DNA of 63,731 nucleotides, filler included, from a candidate division TA06 bacterium SM23_40 (GCA_001303705.1; 7 parts of 7 records of this genome joined end to end with filler, not necessarily neighbours in it); one strand, 5' to 3'; shown: positions 51,068 through 60,002, counted from the first letter of the whole stretch. Numbers and translations are program-made. Notes: generated by a model not told the origin, from the letters alone.

Positions 51068-52636
51068 ACGGCGAGGACTGCTCCCAGAGGTTCGTACGTT
51101 ATCCGCGATCTCGCCCCATTCGGCTGGGTACAGGTCGGCAATCTGGCCGGGGCGAAGCAGGTCTTCTCTCTCATCGAGCTCGAGGACGGGACGCTTCTGG
51201 CGGGGACAGCGCACGAGGGCAAGGTCTTCAGGTCGCATGATGCGGGACGGACCTGGCAGGAGGCGATGGCCCTTCCCGGTGCCGAGGTGGTGAGGTCGCT
51301 GGCCGTCGATGACGGAGGGACGGTGTTCGCCGGGACATATCCGGGAGCGCGGCTATTTCGAAGCCGGGACAGGAGCGATCGGTGGGAGATGATACACGCC
51401 TTCCCGCATTCCCGGGAGATATATTCACTTCTCGCGGTCGGCACTGATACGTTGCTCGTCGGTCTGTACCCGCCCGCGGCGGTTGCTCATTGCACCGACG
51501 GGGGCCGCAACTGGAGCAATCGACAGCTCTTCCCGGACGAGGGTGGTGTCTTCTCGCTTCTCCAGTCTCGCGACGGGACGATCTATGCGGGAACCTATCC
51601 GGGGGGGCGCGTCTTCTCGTCCCGTGACCGGGGACGCTCATGGAAGGAGACAGGGGCGCCTGCAGGCGCTCAATATGTGAGAGCGCTTGTCGAAGATGAG
51701 GATGGCCGGCTCTTCGCCGGCACTTACCCTCAGGGCCGGGTATTCCGGTCGCTCGACCGCGGACAGCACTGGGAACTGACCGCCGATCTCGAAGGCGCTG
51801 AGGAGACGCTCTGTCTCCTTGCCGTGCGCGACAGGATCCTGTATGCAGGGACAACACTCTTCGGGCACATTTTCCGGACGACGGACGCCGGGAGTGCGTG
51901 GGCCGACGTGTCCGGCGATCTGTGGGGTGAGGGGTTGGCGGATTATGTTCACTGCCTCCTGGAGACTTCGGGGGGAGTGGTCCTCGCCGGAACCTCGGCG
52001 ACCGGAGACATATTCGCCCTGGGATACGCGCGCAACCGAGTGCACATCTCGCCCGTGTTTGCCCTGCCCGGCGAGGATGTCCTCTTCCGCGTCGTCGGGT
52101 GGGAGCCGGTCGCTGGAGGTGAACCTCCCATAATCAGAATACGGACGGGGCTCGACCCACGACTCGAGAATGCCGAACCGTGGGAACGATGTCCCCGCCT
52201 CGAAAACGGACAGATGCTGGGTGGCGTGTCTTCTGTACGAGAGGGAGACCACTTTCTCCAGTATCGGATCGACCTCCCGGACTCCCCATCTGCGATCGTG
52301 CCGGCGATTCGAGGAATCTCTATCGGCTGGGAGGCGGGCCCGACGGCCAGAGAGCCATCGGGCCGGGGGTATCTCCGGCCGCTCGCGGTGCGAGGCGAGG
52401 GGCTCGTTCGATTCAGAGTATCGGTTCCCGAAGGGGGATACACCGTCGTCACTGTCCTCGATCGCGCGGGCAGCATCGTGCGGATCCTCGTTGCGGAGAA
52501 TCGCCCTGTCGGGGGATTCGATGTCGTCTGGAACGGCAAAAGTCAAGTTGGTGAGATGGTTGATGAGGGGGTATACATCGTTTCCCTGATGTGGGGGAGG
52601 CGGTGTGCCGCGCGCCGATTCGCCTTCCTCCGTTGA
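51068..52636 (+). CDS. BNR/Asp-box repeat beta-propeller protein with degenerate FlgD-Ig CTD (5' partial)
   Basis: Repeated AGTYP.GRVFRS.D.G..W; C-terminal VVWNGK..G.MVDEGVY; frame open from the contig start. Confidence 0.85.
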   Translation, partial: TARTAPRGSYVIRDLAPFGWVQVGNLAGAKQVFSLIELEDGTLLAGTAHEGKVFRSHDAGRTWQEAMALPGAEVVRSLAVDDGGTVFAGTYPGARLFRSRDRSDRWEMIHAFPHSREIYSLLAVGTDTLLVGLYPPAAVAHCTDGGRNWSNRQLFPDEGGVFSLLQSRDGTIYAGTYPGGRVFSSRDRGRSWKETGAPAGAQYVRALVEDEDGRLFAGTYPQGRVFRSLDRGQHWELTADLEGAEETLCLLAVRDRILYAGTTLFGHIFRTTDAGSAWADVSGDLWGEGLADYVHCLLETSGGVVLAGTSATGDIFALGYARNRVHISPVFALPGEDVLFRVVGWEPVAGGEPPIIRIRTGLDPRLENAEPWERCPRLENGQMLGGVSSVREGDHFLQYRIDLPDSPSAIVPAIRGISIGWEAGPTAREPSGRGYLRPLAVRGEGLVRFRVSVPEGGYTVVTVLDRAGSIVRILVAENRPVGGFDVVWNGKSQVGEMVDEGVYIVSLMWGRRCAARRFAFLR

Positions 52637-52717
52637 AGGGAGGGCCGTCACCGCGTGGTCGGCGAAGGCCCCGGCTGGCGAAGCCCCCGCCTGGCGGAGG
52701 TGGAACGAGGACAGCGT

Positions 52718-53695
52718 ATGCGTATGAGTCGATCGAGCGTCTTGGGCATCGCGCTGGCACTGATCATCTTCGCCATGATCTTCTTCGCATTTCGTGGCCA
52801 GGTCGGCGACACGCTGCGGATCCTCAGGGGCTTCTGCTGGACCTACATGGTGGCGGCATGCGCACTTGCTTTCTCTAACTACCTGATACGATTCATCCGT
52901 TGGGAGTTTCTCCTCCGTCGCGCGGTCGGGCGCGCGGTCGGCGGACCGACACGATGGGCGAGCCTCGCCATCTTCTTCTCCGGGCTGGCAATGTCGGTTT
53001 CGCCGGGCAAGGTCGGTGAGGTTCTGAAGGCGGGACTTCTCAAGGAACTTGCTGGAACGCCACTCAGGCATTCAACGCCCGTCGTCATCATCGAGCGTCT
53101 CGCTGATCTTCTGGGCGTCGTCCTGCTCGCGGCCGTGGGGCTTCCTGCCTTCAGTCAGGCCGGGCCGATCGTCGCCGTCCCTCTCGTATTAGTCGCTCTC
53201 ATCATGCTCGTGCTGTCGAGGGAGCGGCTCTGCCTCTCCGCCCTGAGAGCGATGGGTAGAGTACCGTTCATAGGTCGCAGTACCGCTGCATTGACCGATG
53301 CGTATCGAGCGGGCCGTTCGCTCATCACTCCCTCCTCTCTCGTCGTCATCGTGCCCCTCAGTGTCGCTGCCTGGTTTCCCGAGTGTCTGGCCCTGTGGGT
53401 GATCATCCGCGGGCTCGGTGTCGATCTCTCGCTGCTCGCCGCTACGTTTGCCTATGCCATGGCCACGCTCGCCGGTGCCGTCACGCTCCTCCCCGGGGGC
53501 CTGGGCGCGACCGAGGCAAGCCTAGCCGGGCTCCTCATACTGTGGCACGTCCCCGGCGATGCTGCTCTGGCTGCCACGCTGCTCGTGCGGGCAGCCACCC
53601 TCTGGTTTGCCGTCGCCCTGGGGCTCGTTGCACTCGCGGCCACGAGACTCTCCATCTTCCGGGCATCGAGTCTCGAAGATACATCCACGGACTGA
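52718..53695 (+). CDS. Lysylphosphatidylglycerol-synthase-TM (flippase-like) membrane protein
   Basis: RFIRW, SPGKVGEVLK, ERLADL, PGGLGATEA. Confidence 0.88.
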   Translation: MRMSRSSVLGIALALIIFAMIFFAFRGQVGDTLRILRGFCWTYMVAACALAFSNYLIRFIRWEFLLRRAVGRAVGGPTRWASLAIFFSGLAMSVSPGKVGEVLKAGLLKELAGTPLRHSTPVVIIERLADLLGVVLLAAVGLPAFSQAGPIVAVPLVLVALIMLVLSRERLCLSALRAMGRVPFIGRSTAALTDAYRAGRSLITPSSLVVIVPLSVAAWFPECLALWVIIRGLGVDLSLLAATFAYAMATLAGAVTLLPGGLGATEASLAGLLILWHVPGDAALAATLLVRAATLWFAVALGLVALAATRLSIFRASSLEDTSTD

Positions 53696-53839
53696 AGGAC
53701 CACGAGCGCAGTGATGGTTGTACGGTCGCGCCCGGGATGCCGCACCTGCCCCCTGAGCCTGCCTCGCGACGATGAGGAAGCCCGGGGTTATCAGGGATGC
53801 CTGGCAACGTCGTCATCCCCGGGAGGGGCCATTTTTCGC

Positions 53840-53868
53840 TTGACATGTCAGCGAAGATATGGTAGAAT
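53840..53868 (+). promoter_or_regulatory. sigma70 promoter
   Basis: TTGACA-17 bp-TAGAAT with TG extended -10. Confidence 0.75.
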
Positions 53869-54137
53869 GCGAACCTCACTAGGGGTGGGGGAATATGTCA
53901 GCATGGTGCGAGGTAGAGAGAGGCCGCGACTATCTTCCCGGATCCAGGGGGTGTAGTGTGCGGTATTTTCTTTCGCCCCGAGAGAAGAGATGTGTAGTAG
54001 CCCGAAGGGATCTGCTTCACAGAAAGGGGGGATTCCGAGCAGCGAGGTAAGAGATCCTCGAAGGGTTCCTGTATTCCACTGTGGCATGTCGGATAGGAAG
54101 AGGAGCTTTCTATCCCGACACCAATTGAGAGGAGGAA

Positions 54138-54902
54138 ATGAGAATGACTCGACTGACTCTCGCGGCGGTCATTGTGTTTGCGGTCGCGCTCGTTGGGTGC
54201 CAGCAGGAGGCGCCGCTGCCCGTGGCAAGCGATTCCAGCAACCCTGAGGGGCCGTTCTTCGGCTCGGAGGTGCCGGTCGGTGTGCTCACGCCGGAGTACA
54301 CCACCGGTTCGGCCATGTTGACCCCCGAGCAGGTCACGCAGTTTTTCGGCATCGACGAAGTGACCCTCAGCGCGATGGAAGGCCTGGATCATGTCGTCAT
54401 CGATTGCTGGACCGTCGACACCATGGACTACTATTGGGATCTGCTCCACGAGAACTACAAGTTCTTCGGTGAGGAGCACATCCGTCACGTCATCTTGTGC
54501 AAGCTCAATCAGGGTGACTGGATCACGGCGGACATCGGTTGGTTTGAGTGCAGGGACTTCCAGCCGCCGCTGCTCCCGTTGAACCAGTACCTGATCGCTA
54601 TGCTCAATGACGTGGTGTGGGAACCGGTGTACGAGAAGAACTTCTGGCTGATGTGGGTTGACGTGACTTCGGGTGGCGTCGGGCTGCCGTGGGGCATCCC
54701 GCTCGATTGGGTGGCTGGCGTCGATTTCAACGTGAACACAGCCAATTTCAAGTACGATGATGTGTGTGGATGGAAGTACCCCGATATGATCATCTTCGGG
54801 CCCCATCCGCCGTTCCCGCCACCTCATCCGTTCCCGTTCAGTCTCCCGGGCGAGGATGGCGAGACCAGGCCGTGGTGTTTCCTGATCAACCCGTGGGACT
54901 AG
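54138..54902 (+). CDS. Hypothetical lipoprotein
   Basis: AGGAGG RBS, lipobox LVG-C, Trp/Asp-rich mature part. Confidence 0.8.
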   Translation: MRMTRLTLAAVIVFAVALVGCQQEAPLPVASDSSNPEGPFFGSEVPVGVLTPEYTTGSAMLTPEQVTQFFGIDEVTLSAMEGLDHVVIDCWTVDTMDYYWDLLHENYKFFGEEHIRHVILCKLNQGDWITADIGWFECRDFQPPLLPLNQYLIAMLNDVVWEPVYEKNFWLMWVDVTSGGVGLPWGIPLDWVAGVDFNVNTANFKYDDVCGWKYPDMIIFGPHPPFPPPHPFPFSLPGEDGETRPWCFLINPWD

Positions 54903-54932
54903 AAACGAGATAGGGTCTGATCAGATATCCCC

Positions 54933-54968
54933 GCAGGAGCCTTCGATTCCAGGATCGAAGGCTCCTGC
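54933..54968. terminator. 15-bp perfect inverted repeat (terminator-like)
   Basis: GCAGGAGCCTTCGAT-6 nt-ATCGAAGGCTCCTGC; no U-tract. Confidence 0.55.
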
Positions 54969-55150
54969 TGCGTAGTGCCGCTTTCGATGTTTGTGGATGT
55001 AGCAGGGGGCATCTCACCCGGATGAGATCGCCTCCGGGAGATCAACTCAAGGACCGATGTCTGATCTTCGTGCCGCATCTGTTCGATGACATCAGTCCGA
55101 CATAGATCCATGATAGTGCCTGTCGGCCTAGGGCTGGTCAGACTCTGTTC

Positions 55151-55238
55151 TGTAACAGCGAAGTGATAATGTCCTATTTAGGTAAAATGGGACATTTCTA
55201 TTTTGCTAAGAACGGGACAATTCTTATTTGCCTCTACA
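55151..55238 (+). mobile_element. 88-bp MITE with IS1202/ISNCY-type ends and 16-bp target-site duplication
   Basis: Starts TGT...AATGTCC, ends GGACATTTCTATTTTGC...GGACAATTCTTATTTGCCTCTACA; flanked by TGGTCAGACTCTGTTC (55135-55150) and TGGCCAGACTCTGTTC (55239-55254). Confidence 0.8.
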
Positions 55239-55254
55239 TGGCCAGACTCTGTTC

Positions 55255-55283
55255 TTGACTTCCATAGCTGCGGGGCGTATATT
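55255..55283 (+). promoter_or_regulatory. sigma70 promoter
   Basis: TTGACT-17 bp-TATATT, 33 bp before ATG 55317. Confidence 0.7.
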
Positions 55284-55316
55284 TGGAAGCGACAGAAAAG
55301 GGAGGAGGTCGTCCAT

Positions 55317-55868
55317 ATGAAGAGCTGCATAGTGGTTGCCGGCGTTCTATCGCTTCTGGTAGGCCTTCCCTCTGTGGGCGCGGAAAGCCCGGATGAGGAG
55401 AGAGGCGCTGGCGTACAGGCATATTCGGTGCCGACATACCCGTCAGCAACCCTGGAGCGATCCGAAGGGCTGAGCCTATCCGGGACTCCGGTTGGGTCCG
55501 GACTGCCCCGCCGTCCCGGGGTCTCCGTGGGGCGTCTCTCACTCCTCGATCCCTCGAAGATCCGCATGGCCCACGGCCTCTCGCTCGGCTTTGTCGGCGG
55601 TAGTGGGCAGAGGGGTCGATTTGAGAGCCGGTACCTGAACCGCATCTTCTATCCATTCACGCCCTCGCTAAGCCTGCGGCTCGATCTCGACTACGTCGTT
55701 GAGCCATTCGGATCTGCGAGTCAGAGTGAGATTCTGCCGGGTATGGTGCTCCGTTATGAGCCGAGCGACCACCTCCTGCTGCAAGTGCAATACCGTACGT
55801 ACAGAAACATGCGCTCGAGCTCCTGGTGGGCGAGTGATTTGTCCTCGGATCAGTCTCCACGCTGGTGA
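55317..55868 (+). CDS. Hypothetical secreted protein
   Basis: GGAGGAGG RBS, signal peptide MKSCIVVAGVLSLLVGLPSVGA, beta-strand-like C-terminal half. Confidence 0.7.
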   Translation: MKSCIVVAGVLSLLVGLPSVGAESPDEERGAGVQAYSVPTYPSATLERSEGLSLSGTPVGSGLPRRPGVSVGRLSLLDPSKIRMAHGLSLGFVGGSGQRGRFESRYLNRIFYPFTPSLSLRLDLDYVVEPFGSASQSEILPGMVLRYEPSDHLLLQVQYRTYRNMRSSSWWASDLSSDQSPRW

Positions 55869-56053
55869 CAGGAGCTCAGTCTGATGATCGTCGTTGTGTG
55901 CAGGCCGCTGTCTGAGAGTGGCCTGTTTGGTTCTTTCCGCGAGGAGGTTGGAGCTCTGTGCGGGATCCCCGCAGAACCGGCGCCGGAGCTGTGAGGGCCA
56001 TGAGAAGAGGATTTCGTCGGGGCGGGACCTTCTGGCTGGTGCCTTCGAGCGGT

Positions 56054-56279
56054 GGGGCAACACAGGACATGTGCTCTCCGCCAACAACCGGTCATTTCTA
56101 TTCTGCCGCGCAGACGGAAGAAGGTCTACACACCATAGCCTGACCACCCCTGGAGGAGGCGTTACAAGCCGCCTTCGTGGAGAGAGCGGAAGAAGCAGGC
56201 AGAGAGAGCTGCCTGTGCCGGGGCAAAATAGGACATTTCTATTTTGCTGAGAACCGGACATTTCTAATTTGCCTTCACA
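56054..56279 (+). mobile_element. IS1202/ISNCY-family remnants: degenerate right end, transposase C-terminal fragment and intact right end
   Basis: 56220-56279 carries two GGACATTTCTA boxes and ends ACA; 56054-56113 is a decayed copy; in between RKKVYTP*PDHPWRRRY resembles the PxPDHPWR tail of these transposases. Confidence 0.75.
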
Positions 56280-56295
56280 GTGGGGCAAAACGAGG

Positions 56296-56324
56296 TTGAC
56301 TTTTCGCGGCCTCTTCGCTATCCT
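56296..56324 (+). promoter_or_regulatory. sigma70 promoter
   Basis: TTGACT-17 bp-TATCCT upstream of the PorV-like gene. Confidence 0.65.
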
Positions 56325-56451
56325 CACTATCTTGGGAAATGGTACTGTATCTGTTCCGATTGCGGATTTCGGACCATCGCGGGAGAGGGTCGGGAGCGGC
56401 CGCGCAGTCCGGTTCCCCGGACGCGGGCATTGAGGCCCATAGGAGACCGCA

Positions 56452-57355
56452 GTGAAACGATCGACCAGAGAGCCTCATATATTTCAGGAGGTCATTGCTC
56501 TGCTGGCGGGAGTGACCCTGCTTATCCTGGTCCTCTCGCCTTACCCGTGTTCGGGCGATGTGCATCCCAAGGCCGGGACGACAGGACTCTCGTTTCTCAG
56601 GATCGATGTCGGCGGCCGCGGTGCGGCCATGGGGGGAGCGCATACGTCGGCCAGCGAGGGCGCATTCTCGATGTACTGGAATCCGGCCCTGCTCGCCCGG
56701 GTAAGGGGCTATGATCTCGCACTCATGCACACCGAGTGGTTTCAGGACATTCGCTACGACTATGCGGCCTTTGCCGCGGGTGGCGGAGACCAGGCTGTCG
56801 GGCTCTCTGTCGGCGCGCTGTACATGGGTGATATCGAGTACCGCATAGACACGCGGCAGGATCCGATTGGACATTTCAGTGCCGGGGACTATATGGTGGC
56901 TGTCAGCTATGCCCGATCGGTCCAGGGAGTTCATATCGGGGCTACGCTCAAGGCGATCCACGAGCGCATCTACCACGATACTGCGAGCGGCATCGCCGGC
57001 GATATCGGATTCGCATACGAGGTGGTGCACGTCTTCCCTGGAATCCGCCTGGGCGGCACCATCCAGAATCTCGGCCCGAAATTCCGTTTCAGAGATGTTC
57101 CGTTCAAGCTCCCCACACAATTAAGAGCGGGGATATCGTACCACTCCCCCATGGGGATGCGGATCGGTCAGCTGGTTGTGGCCGGCGATGTCACCAAGCC
57201 CAACGACGGTGATGTGAGAGCGGGCTTTGGGGCCGAATACGACTATAATGATCGGTTCCAGGTGCGTGCTGGCTACCGTGTCGGCTATGACACTGCTGAT
57301 CTGACCGCGGGCATCGGCGTGAAGTTCAAGTCGTACCGCGTCGACTACGCCTTCG
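56452..57355 (+). CDS. PorV/PorQ-family outer-membrane protein (3' partial)
   Basis: AGTTGLSFLRIDVGGRGAAMGGA, YWNPALL, LPTQLRAG, VDYAF. Confidence 0.9.
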
Positions 57356-57455
57356 NNNNNNNNNNNNNNNNNNNNNNNNNNNNNNNNNNNNNNNNNNNNT
57401 TAATTAATTAANNNNNNNNNNNNNNNNNNNNNNNNNNNNNNNNNNNNNNNNNNNN
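57356..57455. other. Artificial contig linker
   Basis: N/TTAATTAATTAA/N. Confidence 0.99.
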
Positions 57456-57689
57456 AGCCCCGGTGCACCTGGTAGTGCGCCAAGTCCAGGGGGTGGACAC
57501 CGATTTCGCTGACCCGAGCGGTAGAGCTGCTGGGGTTTGTCTATTTTGTGGCTAGTGCCCCGGCAGAGTGGCGAGTCCACGGTCGGCTGACCTGTCACAT
57601 GACTGGCAGGTATCCGGCTCGCCTTCGCAACTGTGAGAGGAGGTGAGATCAAGAAAGACAAGCGGTGATAAGTCAACCCCGAAATTGGG

Positions 57690-58898
57690 CTAATGTGAAT
57701 CCTCCGCTGCGGCGATGTGAGGGGTATACGGTTGCCTGTTCTTCAGCACAGAGAAGATGACGTGGAGCATTTTGTGAGCGACATGGCTGAGTGCGACGGT
57801 GTGATGTTTTCCCCGTGCGCGTTGGCGTTCATACACACCTTTGAAGAGCGGGTCCCGTGCAGTAAAGACGGCACTCTCGGCAGCCTGGATGATGGCCGTG
57901 CGCAGATACTTGCTTCCCCGTTTGGACATTCTGGTCTTGCCTGAGGATTCGCCGCTTTCCCGGAGACGGGGATCGATTCCGGCGGCAGCGACAAGTTTTC
58001 GGGCTCCTGTCTTCAGTTCAGGATGGAAGACAGGCAGGACTTCCGCCAGGACCGTAGGCGCCCACACCTTGCCCAGTCCGGGGATCGACTGCAAGAGCTT
58101 CTGCTCGGCGGGCAGCAACTGTGCAAGTCGCTCGGTCAGTTCTGCGATCTGGTCCAATAGGAGGTTGATGCGCTCCACGATGAACCGGACTTCCAGGGCA
58201 AGTGAGTCGGTGTCTCCGGTGAGTGCGAACGATGTCCTGGCAGCCCGTCTGAGACGCTCGGCATGTGGTCTGCCCATGCGGCCCCGGCTTGCTTCGCGCA
58301 GAACACGAGTCAGGCGACGGATGTCAACCTTTGCCAACATCTGGGCGGTGGGAAATTGGGCAAGGACTTCCCTGCTCGTGGCACCGAAGATATCCGAGAA
58401 GTGCTGAGCGTATTCGGGGAAGACCAGGTCGAGGAGGGCGACAAGGCGCTGTTTCTCAGCCATGGCCGCCTGTGCGCACTCGAAGCGCAGACGCGTCAGG
58501 TCGCGCAAATGGCGAATGTTCTCTTCCGGGATCGCGGATACGCTGAGGCTGTCCTCGCGCAACAGCTGAGCGATCAGGTAGGAATCGACGGCGTCTGTCT
58601 TGCTGCCACGGATGGTGACATTTCGCCGTGCTGCGGTCACCATTGGATTGATGACGAGCACCTTGTAGCCGAGCTAGGTGAGGTGCTGAAACAGCACCAT
58701 CCAGTAGTGGCCGGTCGCCTCCATCCCGATGAGGATCCCCGCCGGCGACTGTCCGGTGGCGGCCAGTTTAGCCGCGAAGCCATTAACGCCTTGGTGGCTA
58801 TGAGCGAACGAGAAGTTACGGAACACAACTTTGCCCTCTGCATCCAACAAGGTCGCGTTATGACGACGTTTGGCGATGTCGATCCCCAGCGTCCACAT
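57690..58898 (-). pseudogene. IS110-family DEDD recombinase with one in-frame TAG
   Basis: LGIDIAK, GMEATGHYW, SKTDAVDS, SIPGLG, ESG...SKRGSKYLR; ORFs 58674-58898 and 57690-58661 are in the same frame, split by TAG at 58674-58676. Confidence 0.92.
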
Positions 58899-58904
58899 GA
58901 GCAG

Positions 58905-59088
58905 ACCTCCGTTCGGGCTGAGAGTTGGAGGCTGCCCAAGATCGGGGTGACGCCAGACGGCACGTCCTCGCGGCTAGATCAGGGAACATGGTCCCATCAA
59001 GCGGTAAGTGCATCGTGCTGGCGCCGGCGGTCTTTCTAAGGGGACAATGCCCCGGGGACGAAAAGCCGAACCCCAGCAGCCTCGCCAG
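58905..59088 (-). ncRNA. Candidate IS110 bridge/seek RNA
   Basis: ~180-nt non-coding leader after a TTGCTT-17-TATACT promoter; closing helix GAGGCTGCT/GGCAGCCTC; inner stem enclosing two 8-mers that match the element's far boundary. Confidence 0.6.
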
Positions 59089-59233
59089 CCTGAGTATAGT
59101 CGCCATCGGCGAGCGAAGCAAGTCTTCCGCTAGTCGCAGAACCACACCAACACTGCCTCCTGCCTTCGGCAGGAGTCGGTAGAACCTGCCGATCAGCCAT
59201 CGAGGCTGTTCGACATATCATACGAGGAGGGTA

Positions 59234-59866
59234 ATGGCCATGGAAAAGGCCGATCTGACTAAGAGTCTCAAGGACCTGTATCGAGCGGGCCACGAGATCG
59301 AGGAAGTCATCGCCGAAAGAGGCGTTTTCTTCTGCGTGGACGGGCGGGGTGATCCGGGTGGCGATGTCTTTCAACGTGCGGTCGAGCAACTCAAACAAGT
59401 TGCCTATACGGTCAGAGCCCGCCTGAAGAAGGCGGGGAGGCTACAGTTCAGGATATCGAAGCTCGAGTGTCGGTGGATGTGTGATCCGGGCGAAACTCCG
59501 AGAGAGAAGTGGTTATGGAGAGTACTGGTGCGTGTCCCGGAGGAGGTTACCCAGAATGATCTCAGGGAAGCCCGCACAATCCTGCGCGATAAGAAGGGAT
59601 TGGACGTATCAGCAGTGAAACGGGTCTCCTGGCGGGAAGGGCGCGCACTCCAGGTGATGCATGTCGGTCCGTACGGCCAGGTCAGTAAAGTCTACGCGGA
59701 TCTTCGAGCAGAGGCCGAGACACTCGGGTACCGTGTGAAGGGGCCCGGCCACGAAATCTACATCAACGACCCGCGCCGAGTGGAGCCAGTCAAGCTGAAG
59801 ACCATTGTCCGCTTGCCGATCGCCTGGCCCCGTCCGGACTATGCTCGAGGAGGCTCTCGGCGCTGA
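59234..59866 (+). CDS. GyrI-like small-molecule-binding domain protein
   Basis: LKDLY, DGRGDP, LE..W, MHVGPY, HEIYINDPRR..P.KLKTIVRLP; AGGAGG RBS. Confidence 0.88.
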   Translation: MAMEKADLTKSLKDLYRAGHEIEEVIAERGVFFCVDGRGDPGGDVFQRAVEQLKQVAYTVRARLKKAGRLQFRISKLECRWMCDPGETPREKWLWRVLVRVPEEVTQNDLREARTILRDKKGLDVSAVKRVSWREGRALQVMHVGPYGQVSKVYADLRAEAETLGYRVKGPGHEIYINDPRRVEPVKLKTIVRLPIAWPRPDYARGGSRR

Positions 59867-60002
59867 TCGACTGACTGAGATTCTGGCTGGCCGTCGGGCG
59901 CCGATGGCTCCGGACTAGAGCGGGTGATCGTCATGCCCGCCGCACAGGGATTTCCTCCATGCCGCGGCTCAATCCGATCCGCAGGGAGAAACAGGATCTA
60001 TC

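Larger units (their letters stand above)
57659..59105 (-). mobile_element. IS110-family insertion sequence (boundaries inferred)
   Basis: No TIRs; TTGACT at 57671-57676 in the short 3' end and TATACT at 59093-59098 in the 5' end would form a 17-bp-spaced promoter on circularisation at a shared CA/TG core (57659-60, 59104-05). Confidence 0.6.

Noticed and set aside
55159-55188. dif/cer-like Xer site (…GATAA-TGTCCTAT-TTAGGTAAAAT)
   Set aside because: The same bases are better explained as the MITE's left end joined to its right end, bounded by a 16-bp duplication.
58674-58676. TAG recoding or pyrrolysine, given in-frame TAG here and in the IS1202 remnant
   Set aside because: Many intact genes (e.g. 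corA, the DUF3108 gene, the SPOR gene) end at TAG at expected lengths; both cases are in mobile-element relics.
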